IMG/VR virus record: IMGVR_UViG_2654587515_000001
Location: 1-64,000 of that record
Reading direction: 5' to 3' (one strand)
Origin: a virus
Lineage: Duplodnaviria > Caudoviricetes
DNA length: 64,000 bases
Shown piece after piece: positions 18,766-27,990 of the stretch. Made by a program: the position numbers and the translations under genes. Under the pieces are notes generated by a model that was not told the DNA's origin, did no database searches, and saw only the letters and a list, made by a program, of their open reading frames with translations. The first letter of the stretch is position 1. Each line of letters begins with the position of its first letter.

Positions 18766-20316
18766 ATGTCTGGAATGATCAGCCAATTTATTACCGAGGC
18801 AGCCGGCATTGCCGTTCTGCCGCCCATTGATAACAACTACACCACAGGTGGCGGTGACGTCGCTGTTGGTGCTTGTGTTGTTATCGCGTCAAAAGGCCCT
18901 GTTGGGAAAATCATCACAGCCACTGCAGATGACTGGGAAGATCTACTGGGCCGTCCTATGCCAATGAACCAAGGCACGAAAGCCGAAGGTTTACGCCACC
19001 TTAAAGACGCACTGGATTCGCTGCAATACTGCCACGTCGTGCGCGTTGTCGCTGATGATGCGAAATACCCATCTATCGCGCTACCTGTTGCTGATGGTGC
19101 GGCGGTGAAATCGTCACACAGCTACGGCACGACATTGAGCCTGTCTGCCGGTCACTGGCTGTCGGTTTACCCTGTTGACGGCGATCCATCCACTAAGCGC
19201 CGCATGGTGATCAGCGACGTCGATACGGATGCAGAGCGTTTCACCCTGTCTTTCCAAGAGCAAGTCAGCGGCGAATGGCAAACCCTGCAAGGTGAAAGCT
19301 TTGTGGTGGGCGTGAACGTTGATGATGTCGACGATTCTGGCCTTACTGCCTACCTGCCGAATGTGCTGGAAGAGCGCTCAGCGCGTTTCCGTGCAGAAAT
19401 CGCAGCAACGGTCGACTTTGCCGTCGTAAAAGCCTGCGAAGAAGCCTTTGAAGGCGGTACCAATGGCGGCGAGCCAACGCTGGATAACTGGAAGGATGCG
19501 TGGGATCTGCTCAAGACCGACGACATCGACTTTAACCTTTGTTTTGCTGCCGGTAACTATGAGCCGTCCGCGATTGCTCACATGGTCACCATCGCTGATG
19601 GTCGTCTGGCGCAATTCCGTTTTGACGTACCGCCATGGTTAACGGAAGTGGCTGCAAAACAGTGGTTGGAAGATGCCAACCTTGAGTCTTATCAGGCGTC
19701 TTGTTTCCACTATCCCTACAAAGCGACCGACGAATGGTACGGCGGTAAGAGTGTCTGGGGCTTGTCTGGTGGTGCTACTGCAGCGAAAGCTAAGTGTTTT
19801 GCCCAGCCAACCGGTCATGCCGCTGTTAAAGGGGCGCACTATACCGCTGCCGGCGAGAAGCGCGGCCTTGTGAACCGTCGTGGTATCGAGCCGCTACACC
19901 TGACTGGCAAGCTGCAGCCGACAGAATTGGTGAAAGCACGTATTAACCCTGTCGCCAAAGGCAAGGTGATCAATGACTGTCTGAATATCTGGCGCAAGAA
20001 CAACTACCTGCGTTTTGAGCACACAACAGCCATTCTCAATGACCTGTGTCATGAGTTCCTGCAAGCAGCTGCCGTGGTCCAGTTTGAGCCTGACGGGTTT
20101 GTGCTGGAAAACCTGCAGGACCTTGCAGACAAGATCTGTAAGAAGCGCTTTGAAGCCGGTGCGTTCGTTGAGCCTCGCAATCCGAACAAAGACGGCAAAA
20201 ACCCTTACCGTATCACGCTGAAGCAAGTCGAGCTGGACTACTGGCACATTGAAGTCGCTTATGCTCAAACCGGCGTGGCGCGTCGTATCGCAATTCAACC
20301 TCGCCTGATGGCGTAA
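18766..20316 (+). CDS. tail sheath protein (P1 gp22-like)
   Basis: ASKGPVGK, EAFEGGTNG, ARINPV, RRIAIQPRL motifs of contractile sheaths. Confidence 0.9.
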   Translation: MSGMISQFITEAAGIAVLPPIDNNYTTGGGDVAVGACVVIASKGPVGKIITATADDWEDLLGRPMPMNQGTKAEGLRHLKDALDSLQYCHVVRVVADDAKYPSIALPVADGAAVKSSHSYGTTLSLSAGHWLSVYPVDGDPSTKRRMVISDVDTDAERFTLSFQEQVSGEWQTLQGESFVVGVNVDDVDDSGLTAYLPNVLEERSARFRAEIAATVDFAVVKACEEAFEGGTNGGEPTLDNWKDAWDLLKTDDIDFNLCFAAGNYEPSAIAHMVTIADGRLAQFRFDVPPWLTEVAAKQWLEDANLESYQASCFHYPYKATDEWYGGKSVWGLSGGATAAKAKCFAQPTGHAAVKGAHYTAAGEKRGLVNRRGIEPLHLTGKLQPTELVKARINPVAKGKVINDCLNIWRKNNYLRFEHTTAILNDLCHEFLQAAAVVQFEPDGFVLENLQDLADKICKKRFEAGAFVEPRNPNKDGKNPYRITLKQVELDYWHIEVAYAQTGVARRIAIQPRLMA

Positions 20317-20326
20317 TGGAGTAAAA

Positions 20327-20998
20327 ATGTACGGAACAGGTTATCCATTTGGTGGTTCTGATCCTGTGTTCGATGCAGCTGGCTTTGCGCCAGCTGCTAA
20401 AAAACCTGAGAGCAACGAATACACCATTCCAGAGCAAATTCTGGATGATGCCAGCAACGATCTGGGCGAAAAGCAGATCCGAGCGAATGCTATGGCCGCT
20501 GCGCTGACATGGTTGGAAGACAATGACGCCAGCTATTCAAACTTTGAAGCTATTGTTGCCGGTCTCGCTGATTTGGACGAAGACGGTGAAGTCACAGAGC
20601 CTGAAGAAGATCTATTCAACGAGATCTTAACCATGGCCGCAGACTCGCTGGTGGAACTGGGCGCCAATGCTGCCAATGTTCAGGGCTTCATTGATGATGA
20701 AAGCGAAGAGGCGGGTGAGAAGCTGCATACCTACCTCAACGATAAGCTGGCAGACAATGAAAAGTCTGATGACGAGCTGATCACTGAATATGCAGTGAAA
20801 GCCAAATTAGTGCTTGATGCGACTCAGCGCGTGGTCCGTAACGGTAAGGTGAAAGTCATTAAGAAGCCACTGAAGAAAAAACGTCTCTCTTCTGCGCAAA
20901 AAGCCGCACTGAAGAAGGCGCGTCGTAAGGCGAATAACTCAGGGGCGCGACGTAAACGTGCCAAATCCATGAAATCCCGTCGTCAGCGTAACATGTAA
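20327..20998 (+). CDS. prohead core/scaffold-like protein (P1 gp21 position)
   Basis: Very acidic body with very basic tail (SSAQKAALKKARRKAN...RRKRAKSMKSRRQR), as in T4-like prohead core proteins. Confidence 0.6.
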   Translation: MYGTGYPFGGSDPVFDAAGFAPAAKKPESNEYTIPEQILDDASNDLGEKQIRANAMAAALTWLEDNDASYSNFEAIVAGLADLDEDGEVTEPEEDLFNEILTMAADSLVELGANAANVQGFIDDESEEAGEKLHTYLNDKLADNEKSDDELITEYAVKAKLVLDATQRVVRNGKVKVIKKPLKKKRLSSAQKAALKKARRKANNSGARRKRAKSMKSRRQRNM

Positions 20999-21642
20999 TG
21001 GCGAAGGTCTGGCAATCCACAGGGGCGCGGACCGTTGGCAACAACGATCCGAAAGTCAGCCAATACCTCAAGTGCTGGATAAAGCAGGGTAACACCTGCG
21101 TTGTCGGCGTGATTGGGGAAGGGACGGCAAAAGAGCTGAACGCCAACTGGAACAGCCCTTTTGAGGGCGACTCTGTGGGTTCCAAGTTCAGCAAAGCCGG
21201 TGGCGTGCTGCAGTCAGGCACGGTTACAGAGTCAACCAATGGCATGACATCAATCACGACCCTCTCAAGCCGTCAGGTCTGGGAGGGCAACCAACCCCAC
21301 GCATTCCCGATAACGCTCTCTCTGTATGCGTTATCTGACCCAAAAGCCGAAGTCGAAGACGCCATTATGGAGTTAGAGCGCATGTTCTCTCCTGAAGTAA
21401 ACGCGATTTCACCGGTCGGGAATCCGGTAGGGGATGGCAATGCGGTCGGTCGAGTACCGAGTTCTGTCATGGTCAACATCGGGCGCAATGTCGTGCTCAA
21501 TGGTTGTGTGATTGAAAGTATGTCGGCCCCGCTGGACGGGCCTCGTAGCCGTGATGGATACCTGATGAAAGCTGACATTCAACTAATGATTCAATCTGAG
21601 GCAATGCTCAATCGTTCTCAGATCCCTTCAACTTACGGTTAA
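20998..21642 (+). CDS. PmgG-like tail/baseplate protein
   Basis: Size and synteny with P1. Confidence 0.6.
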   Translation: MAKVWQSTGARTVGNNDPKVSQYLKCWIKQGNTCVVGVIGEGTAKELNANWNSPFEGDSVGSKFSKAGGVLQSGTVTESTNGMTSITTLSSRQVWEGNQPHAFPITLSLYALSDPKAEVEDAIMELERMFSPEVNAISPVGNPVGDGNAVGRVPSSVMVNIGRNVVLNGCVIESMSAPLDGPRSRDGYLMKADIQLMIQSEAMLNRSQIPSTYG

Positions 21643-21655
21643 TTGGAGCTAAACA

Positions 21656-22156
21656 ATGGCTGTACCAAACGCAAAAGGGAACGTCGACTTACTGCGACAA
21701 GCCCACAAGAAAAACGTCGCGCTCGGTGAGCGTGCGGTCGCCTCGGATTTCATTGTCCGAATCGTAGAATATCCGGAAATTTCGGCACTGATCCGTACTT
21801 CTCAGCTGCCGGAAGAAAAGCGCGGTGAACCCGTTGAAGACTTCGGCCAGTACGGCCAAGGTTTCCGTCAGTACGGTGCCACTAAGCGTGATGGTGATAT
21901 TGCGTGTCAAATCGTTGAAATCAAACGTGGTGACGTGATCAAGACCATTTCCAAAATCGTTGACAACAAAGAGTACGTCACGATTGAAATCGTGCTGCAT
22001 GGTGAGGATATCGAAGAGAAGGGCTACCGACTTGAAGATACCATGATCGCAGCGGACCCATCGGATCTGGATGTTGAAAACCGTACTGGTACCGTGCGTG
22101 TGCCAGTGAACTTCCTGTACAACTGGTTTGAACGCATCGGAGGTTACGCAGGATGA
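21656..22156 (+). CDS. BplB-like tail tube/baseplate protein
   Basis: Size and synteny with P1. Confidence 0.65.
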   Translation: MAVPNAKGNVDLLRQAHKKNVALGERAVASDFIVRIVEYPEISALIRTSQLPEEKRGEPVEDFGQYGQGFRQYGATKRDGDIACQIVEIKRGDVIKTISKIVDNKEYVTIEIVLHGEDIEEKGYRLEDTMIAADPSDLDVENRTGTVRVPVNFLYNWFERIGGYAG

Positions 22157-22710
22157 CCCCCAACGCCCTATTAGCTCGCGTCAAGGGACAGTTTATAACT
22201 CTTTACCATGACGAAGCAGATAAGCTCGAAGCGTTGCTTATTCAAGCGCTCAACGAGTATCAAGATAGGGCGGGTGTGATCCGGACTGTCACCGTGACAC
22301 TGGACCAACAAAAAGCCGGCGGTATTGATGTACCGCCGCATTTCATGACCATGGTAACGGCCAATGACGTTGATCAGGTCTGGCATGAAGTCACGGTAGA
22401 AGAAGACAAACTGAATATTGTGACCACGGAATACAGCGTGGCCCCGTTCAAAGTCCAATATCTGGAAGCGATCAGTCAATACGATTTAGACAATGATACG
22501 CTGCCGGCACACACCACAGGGATGCTGCAAAAGTATCTCAAAGTCCTTATCGACATCCCCAACACAGAGCGTGAGCAATACTCCCGCAGCGCTGCCGGCT
22601 TACCACTGGATGGAATGCCGCAATTGTCAGAGCTGTATGAGCGCAAACGCCAGTTAGAAGAAGAAATGGAAGAGTCGGGCAATATGCTGATGCCTTCCAT
22701 GCTGCTTTAG
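22153..22710 (+). CDS. putative head-tail connector protein
   Basis: Position in late operon; ELYERKRQLEEEM C-terminus. Confidence 0.55.
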   Translation: MTPNALLARVKGQFITLYHDEADKLEALLIQALNEYQDRAGVIRTVTVTLDQQKAGGIDVPPHFMTMVTANDVDQVWHEVTVEEDKLNIVTTEYSVAPFKVQYLEAISQYDLDNDTLPAHTTGMLQKYLKVLIDIPNTEREQYSRSAAGLPLDGMPQLSELYERKRQLEEEMEESGNMLMPSMLL

Positions 22711-22720
22711 GAGAGCGGCC

Positions 22721-23080
22721 ATGCGCCACAATGATGTTTCAATCGGTACACCCTTATATTTCTACCAAATCACCCCAGAAGGGCCGCTGGTGGGCGAATG
22801 GCTCACTTGTGAAGTGACCGGCGAGCATGGGCAGGTTTGGCTGGTCAGTTACGAAGACAGAGTGTATGCCGTCGACAAGGCGACGTTAGTCAGTGAGCGA
22901 ACAGCGTTTTACACCCAGAAAGCTCCTGAGAACGAGCCAAAGGGCCGCTATGCACTCTCTGAGTCATTACGCCAGTACTTTATGGCAAACCGTCACCACA
23001 GAATGCCCTATGACCTGATCCGTCAGATGTACGACTTGGTGAACGACCATGTGACAACGGGGGCGCCGGATGGCCGCTGA
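22721..23080 (+). CDS. hypothetical protein
   Basis: AGGAG RBS; operon packing. Confidence 0.6.
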   Translation: MRHNDVSIGTPLYFYQITPEGPLVGEWLTCEVTGEHGQVWLVSYEDRVYAVDKATLVSERTAFYTQKAPENEPKGRYALSESLRQYFMANRHHRMPYDLIRQMYDLVNDHVTTGAPDGR

Positions 23081-23579
23081 TTTCAATCGTGAAAAGATGC
23101 TGGTTAAGAAAATGGTGCATACCTACTTCCAGCATCAATGGCAGTTCCGGTTGGAAATCGAAGAGCAACCGCTGGATTTTGAGATTTTCATCAAAGATGT
23201 CACCTACGGCCCTATTGAGCTGGAATACGAACCGGTGAAAGTTGGGGTAAACCAGCTGCAGTTCCCGACAGGGGTAATGCCAGTTTCTATCTCAATGACC
23301 GTCCGTGACCATGACGACGAACGGATCCATAAGTGGTTTGCCGAGTGGACCGCCAAAGTGGCCAATGGGGATGGCACCGTGAACCCGCCATTAAACCCAG
23401 ACACCAAATGGATCAGGGACTGGAAAAAATACACCCTGATCCACAAAGGGACGAGCTTTGAAGAGGTGTTATCTGAAACCTATCCCGTTGCACCGGTTCA
23501 GCTGGGGGATGTGACCCAGAGCTATACCGAGCATTCATTTAAAGAGTTCCCGCTGACCGTTATTCAATTTCGGAGTTAA
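23070..23579 (+). CDS. tail tube protein (P1 Tub-like)
   Basis: Tube-fold pattern (ISMTVRDHDDERIHKWFAEW..KV.N.DGT); synteny tub-pmgB-sit. Confidence 0.7.
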   Translation: MAADFNREKMLVKKMVHTYFQHQWQFRLEIEEQPLDFEIFIKDVTYGPIELEYEPVKVGVNQLQFPTGVMPVSISMTVRDHDDERIHKWFAEWTAKVANGDGTVNPPLNPDTKWIRDWKKYTLIHKGTSFEEVLSETYPVAPVQLGDVTQSYTEHSFKEFPLTVIQFRS

Positions 23580-23581
23580 TC

Positions 23582-24379
23582 ATGTTTGCACCGTTTTCAT
23601 TACCCAGCAAACCTATCCAGCAAGTGCTTATTCGAGAGGCGACCACAGCAGAAACACTGGATTTCTGTGATGTACTGCCCGAGCACGAAGAGTCATTAAC
23701 CACCAAGTTTTTGAACACGATTCAGGACAAAGAGAGCTTTACAGACTGTCAGCAGTGGACCGCTGAAGACCGCCGTCTGGCGCTATTCTGGTACTGGATA
23801 CATACCACGGATGACACCTTTGTTTCGCTGGATTATGAGTGCCCTCATTGCCAGGAAATGCACACCAATGAGTTTGACCTGCGCGATCTGGCCGAGGGCT
23901 ACCAAGAAATCGAAGGGATGGCGAGCCGTGATCTGTCATTCGAAGGGCGAAAGTTGGTGATCTCGCCGCTCACCGGCAAGGATATGGAAGAGCTGGAAAA
24001 CATGCGCCTTGCTTTGATGATGGAAAAAGAAGGTTCACCCGCCGCCACCCGTAAACAGGCTGAAATCCGTTTTCATAAGCTCAAAGCGGCCTTGTACATG
24101 GCAGATGATCATGAAGAGAAGCCGTATAAGCGTGAATCTAATCTAAACAACTGGCTACGTGAGCTGCCGGAAACCAAGTACAAAGCCCTGAAATCCCACG
24201 TCACTGCGGCATTGGAGAGCATGACTCACGGCCTGCCAAGCAAAATCATGGACGACGGCAAGATTATGTTGCGGTCGCCTCGTCACGTTTGCCCTACCAT
24301 CAAGGCCAAAGAAAATAAGGAGGTGACAACTGAGTTGTTGCTTCCCTTTCGGGATTACAGCCGGATTCCGCGAGTATAG
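23582..24379 (+). CDS. tail assembly chaperone/baseplate hub assembly protein (PmgB-like)
   Basis: YECPHC motif; immediately upstream of the tape measure gene. Confidence 0.75.
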   Translation: MFAPFSLPSKPIQQVLIREATTAETLDFCDVLPEHEESLTTKFLNTIQDKESFTDCQQWTAEDRRLALFWYWIHTTDDTFVSLDYECPHCQEMHTNEFDLRDLAEGYQEIEGMASRDLSFEGRKLVISPLTGKDMEELENMRLALMMEKEGSPAATRKQAEIRFHKLKAALYMADDHEEKPYKRESNLNNWLRELPETKYKALKSHVTAALESMTHGLPSKIMDDGKIMLRSPRHVCPTIKAKENKEVTTELLLPFRDYSRIPRV

Positions 24380-24512
24380 TAGCCGTTCTTGGGATGTCAT
24401 GCTTAATGAGTTATCCCTTGATGCTGGTCAGCCGATAGACAGCCTGCTCTGCTCACCAAGAAGCCGTGTTTTGACCATGCACAAACGATACAGAAAGGCA
24501 GGGCAATCGTGA
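24348..24512 (+). CDS. open +1 frame extension of the chaperone (frameshift product candidate)
   Basis: Open from CCC TTT CGG to TGA overlapping the tape-measure GTG: FGITAGFREYSSRSWDVMLNELSLDAGQPIDSLLCSPRSRVLTMHKRYRKAGQS. Confidence 0.5.
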   Translation, partial: FGITAGFREYSSRSWDVMLNELSLDAGQPIDSLLCSPRSRVLTMHKRYRKAGQS

Positions 24513-27500
24513 CTATCAAAGAAACACAACAGGCAGAAATTGTCGTAGACCCAAAAACACTGTCACCTGAGCAACAGGTGACAGATGCAACCCAGCAAGA
24601 AGAGGATTATCAGCCTAAAATCCTCGCCATTCTTGATAAGATTGAGTCAAACACGTCTGCTCTGTTACGTCGGGAGCCATTGGCTGGTGGCTCAACGTTG
24701 ATTCAATCTTCTACGCATCAAAACAACACTGATTCAGTATCAAAAAAGCATCAATACAATACTCAACAAGTATTTAATGCTAACAGTGAAGCTGCGCAAC
24801 GTCCTGTATCACGTCAGGCAGAGAAAGTGCCTGAGTCTGGTCGCCTCCATCAAGCATTGCCTGCCACGCAAAAAGCAACTGAGCGTGATTCTCAAGCACG
24901 GTCAGTCCAAGCCAGCGACCATACGCAGCGCACCGGTGACAACGAAAGCCAGCAGCGAGAGAGTGAGACTCAAGTCGTTATTGCAGGCGGTGAAAGCAAA
25001 CCTCAAGAGACGGACAGCCAGCCAAGCAAAGTCCCTGATGCTGGGGCGAAAGCCGCCCAACAGGTAGAGTCAAAAGGCAACCGTCAGGCTTCCGTTACGC
25101 CAGCGCTTGCCACGCCTGTTCAGAAAAAGGAACAGAAACCGCGCCATACTGCGCCGTCGGTATCGCCGGCAGCGGAGTCGAAGCCGACCCTCGCACAAAA
25201 GCAGCGTGAAATTGAGCGTTCCGAACCGCAAGCATCGACTCAATCAGTCGCCAGCACTGATAGCCAGCCTCAAGATAATGCGCCAGATGATAAAGAAAGT
25301 GTCACTGCCAGCCAGCAGGCCCAAGAAGAGCAAAAAGAAAAGCGAGAACGCTCTGGCTTACTGAAAACGGTCGGGGACGTCTTCAAAAAGGCCACAGAAG
25401 AGCGCGAAGAACTGGAAGCGGGAGACACGGCCACGGATGCGGCAGGCTCAGCAATGGGCGGCTCCCTTTGGGAAGCGGCAAAAGAGGTCAAAGAGGCGAC
25501 TGACGATGTAAAAAACAGCTCCCTCGGTCAAAAGGTCCTTGAGAAAGTCACAGGGAAGAAAGTTGACAGCAACGAAGCAGGCGATCAGGCTCGTGATGAT
25601 GCATCATCCAAAGAAGCATTTGCGAAAGACAACCCCCACGGGCCAGTCAGGGACGAGAAAGGGCGATTCATTAAGCGAGCTGAGGCTCAGGCCCTAAGCC
25701 ATCCCGCTCCACCTTTGGAAGTTGAGCAAAAAACAGATACCCACAAAGCACTAAACGAGTATCAAGATAATACCAAAAGAAAAGACGAATCCCGTCAAAG
25801 TGAGGGGCATTCACGCGCTGTCGATGAGTCTAGTAATCGCAATCATACTGCCACTGTTCAAACTCAGCAGCAAACAGCAACCAGCAAAGAAGCATCGAGC
25901 CATACGGCGACGGATAACCGTCAGGACAGCACGCATGATGAAAATACGACCCAGCGTGTTACTCAGAAGCCGACCTCAGAGCTTGGGAATAAGCACCTGC
26001 AGATTGCCAGTCAGTCACACCATACTGACGACTCTCGGGAAGAGATCCAAGGCAATAGCCGCGAGCTGCAAGATAACCATCGCCAAACCGATCAAAGTAG
26101 TGACAGCCGTTCAATTGATACTTATAGGGTATTAGACAAACATCAAAACAACACTCATAAGCAAAGTGAGTCTGATCACCAATCCAGCACACTGGACAGA
26201 GATAGCCAGCGTTCTGCCAAGACCAGTACTCATCAAGCGGATAAAAACAGTGACAACCGTCTTTCTGATACTCATAAAACATTAGATAAGTATCAAAACA
26301 ATACTCAAAAGAGCAGGGAAAGCCACACTCAAAAGCAAAGCGAGTTGGACCGCCAAAGCCGTGAGGTCGGTACGCACAATCAAACCAGTGTCACGTCTGC
26401 CAATGTCGTCAGAGAGAGAGAGCAGACCCGCAGCAATGAAGCGATTGCAGATCGATTGGATGAGCAGTACGACCTCTCTCAAGACCAACACAAAGAGCTA
26501 ATCAAAACCATCGACAAGAAAGAGTTCGGTGGTGAAGGTGGTGGCTCTCTCATGGACAGCGTGAGTGAGCTGTCAGATATGTTTGGTGGTGGTGATAGCA
26601 AAGAGAAGGGGGGTGGTAAGCGACGTCGAGGCCGAGGTCGGAAAGGACGTTTAGGCTCTCTAATTGACCGTTTTAAAGGCGGTAAGAGCGCAGCAGGTAA
26701 TGCATCGGCTCTAAAAGGCGCACCAACCACCAGACTCGGGCGTGTCGCTCAGGGTGTGAAGAATGCAACGGGAACGTTAGCCAATTCAGGTGTGGGCAAA
26801 GCCGCTGGTGGCGCTCTGAAAACCGTGGGTTCTGTTGCCAGCCGCGCCGCTGCACCCGTCGCCGCACTGGCAACTGGGTACTTCAAATACAATGAGGTGA
26901 AAGACAGAGAAGATCTGACCGGTTCACAAAAAGCGGTCCAAGTCGGGGCCACCACAGCAGGCTCCCTTGGTGGCGCCAGTGCCGGCGCGGCCATGGGGGC
27001 CGCTATGGGTTCGGTGGTTCCTGTTGTTGGTACTCTGGTGGGCGGTTTGCTGGGGGCTGCAGTGGGTGGCTGGCTTGGCAGTAAAGGGGGTGACATTGTT
27101 GGTGAGGCGATCAGTGACAAGATGGAAGGCACTGACGGTAAAACACGCGCAGAGCGAGAAGCCGAAACTCTTCAGTCTACTACTGAGTCGAGTGAGTCCG
27201 TTACAACCAACGGCGATAAGTCGGAGCTTTCAACGAAAAATGCTGAATCCGCGCAGGTAGTGGCAACCAGTCGTACAGAATCTAGCGCTCAAGAGGCTGG
27301 CGCCGTTCACACCTTGCAAGCCTCTGAGGCAGCAGTCATGCCTGAGCAGTTAAAGGCACCTCTACCTGAGATCAGCCCTTCCAAAGCGGCAATGAGTCAG
27401 ACCAACAACAAGGAAACCCATACCGAGAAAACGGAAACCGTAGCCAAGATTGATGAGAAAAAACTGGGTAAAGCGATTGTCGATGCAATGAGTAAAGCTC

Positions 27501-27640
27501 AGCAACAAAGCGGTGTTAGTGCGCCCGCTTCCGGCCCTCGCTATGCTGCTTCTCAGTCGAAGTCGGCATCGGTTCCCGCACCAATTAAAACCGAGTTCGA
27601 AGATAAAACGCTCGTGTTGATGGCACATGACAGGATTTAA
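24509..27640 (+). CDS. tape measure protein (P1 Sit position)
   Basis: 1043 aa low-complexity protein with G/A-rich hydrophobic segment (GASAGAAMGAAMGSVVPVVGTLVGG); sits between chaperone and baseplate wedge genes. Confidence 0.85.
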   Translation: MTIKETQQAEIVVDPKTLSPEQQVTDATQQEEDYQPKILAILDKIESNTSALLRREPLAGGSTLIQSSTHQNNTDSVSKKHQYNTQQVFNANSEAAQRPVSRQAEKVPESGRLHQALPATQKATERDSQARSVQASDHTQRTGDNESQQRESETQVVIAGGESKPQETDSQPSKVPDAGAKAAQQVESKGNRQASVTPALATPVQKKEQKPRHTAPSVSPAAESKPTLAQKQREIERSEPQASTQSVASTDSQPQDNAPDDKESVTASQQAQEEQKEKRERSGLLKTVGDVFKKATEEREELEAGDTATDAAGSAMGGSLWEAAKEVKEATDDVKNSSLGQKVLEKVTGKKVDSNEAGDQARDDASSKEAFAKDNPHGPVRDEKGRFIKRAEAQALSHPAPPLEVEQKTDTHKALNEYQDNTKRKDESRQSEGHSRAVDESSNRNHTATVQTQQQTATSKEASSHTATDNRQDSTHDENTTQRVTQKPTSELGNKHLQIASQSHHTDDSREEIQGNSRELQDNHRQTDQSSDSRSIDTYRVLDKHQNNTHKQSESDHQSSTLDRDSQRSAKTSTHQADKNSDNRLSDTHKTLDKYQNNTQKSRESHTQKQSELDRQSREVGTHNQTSVTSANVVREREQTRSNEAIADRLDEQYDLSQDQHKELIKTIDKKEFGGEGGGSLMDSVSELSDMFGGGDSKEKGGGKRRRGRGRKGRLGSLIDRFKGGKSAAGNASALKGAPTTRLGRVAQGVKNATGTLANSGVGKAAGGALKTVGSVASRAAAPVAALATGYFKYNEVKDREDLTGSQKAVQVGATTAGSLGGASAGAAMGAAMGSVVPVVGTLVGGLLGAAVGGWLGSKGGDIVGEAISDKMEGTDGKTRAEREAETLQSTTESSESVTTNGDKSELSTKNAESAQVVATSRTESSAQEAGAVHTLQASEAAVMPEQLKAPLPEISPSKAAMSQTNNKETHTEKTETVAKIDEKKLGKAIVDAMSKAQQQSGVSAPASGPRYAASQSKSASVPAPIKTEFEDKTLVLMAHDRI

Positions 27641-27642
27641 CA

Positions 27643-27987
27643 ATGGAAGAGCTTAATCACCTACTCAACGTTGACAGCACAGGCCTTGCCGTCGCATACG
27701 ATGGCAAGGCCATGAACAACAACATAGAAGAGTGGTTTGAAAATCCAGAGCACACCATTGCGGATAACCCCGCTTGGGGGCACAACTTGGCGCCGTTTCA
27801 GTTTTGTGCGCAAACAGAAGACGACGCAGTGATGATGGAAATGGCGATCGTGGAAAAGTTACCCCGTGACGTTCAAGGCGTTGTTATCAAGGGGATCCGT
27901 GTGACCTTTCCAGACATCGATCTTTGCCGCATTGTGATTATCCATCAATACGGCCTGTACGATAATCCCAACATTCCACTGAGGTAG
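27643..27987 (+). CDS. baseplate wedge protein, PmgA/gp25-like
   Basis: IADNPAWGHNL motif; synteny. Confidence 0.75.
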   Translation: MEELNHLLNVDSTGLAVAYDGKAMNNNIEEWFENPEHTIADNPAWGHNLAPFQFCAQTEDDAVMMEMAIVEKLPRDVQGVVIKGIRVTFPDIDLCRIVIIHQYGLYDNPNIPLR

Positions 27988-27990
27988 CCA

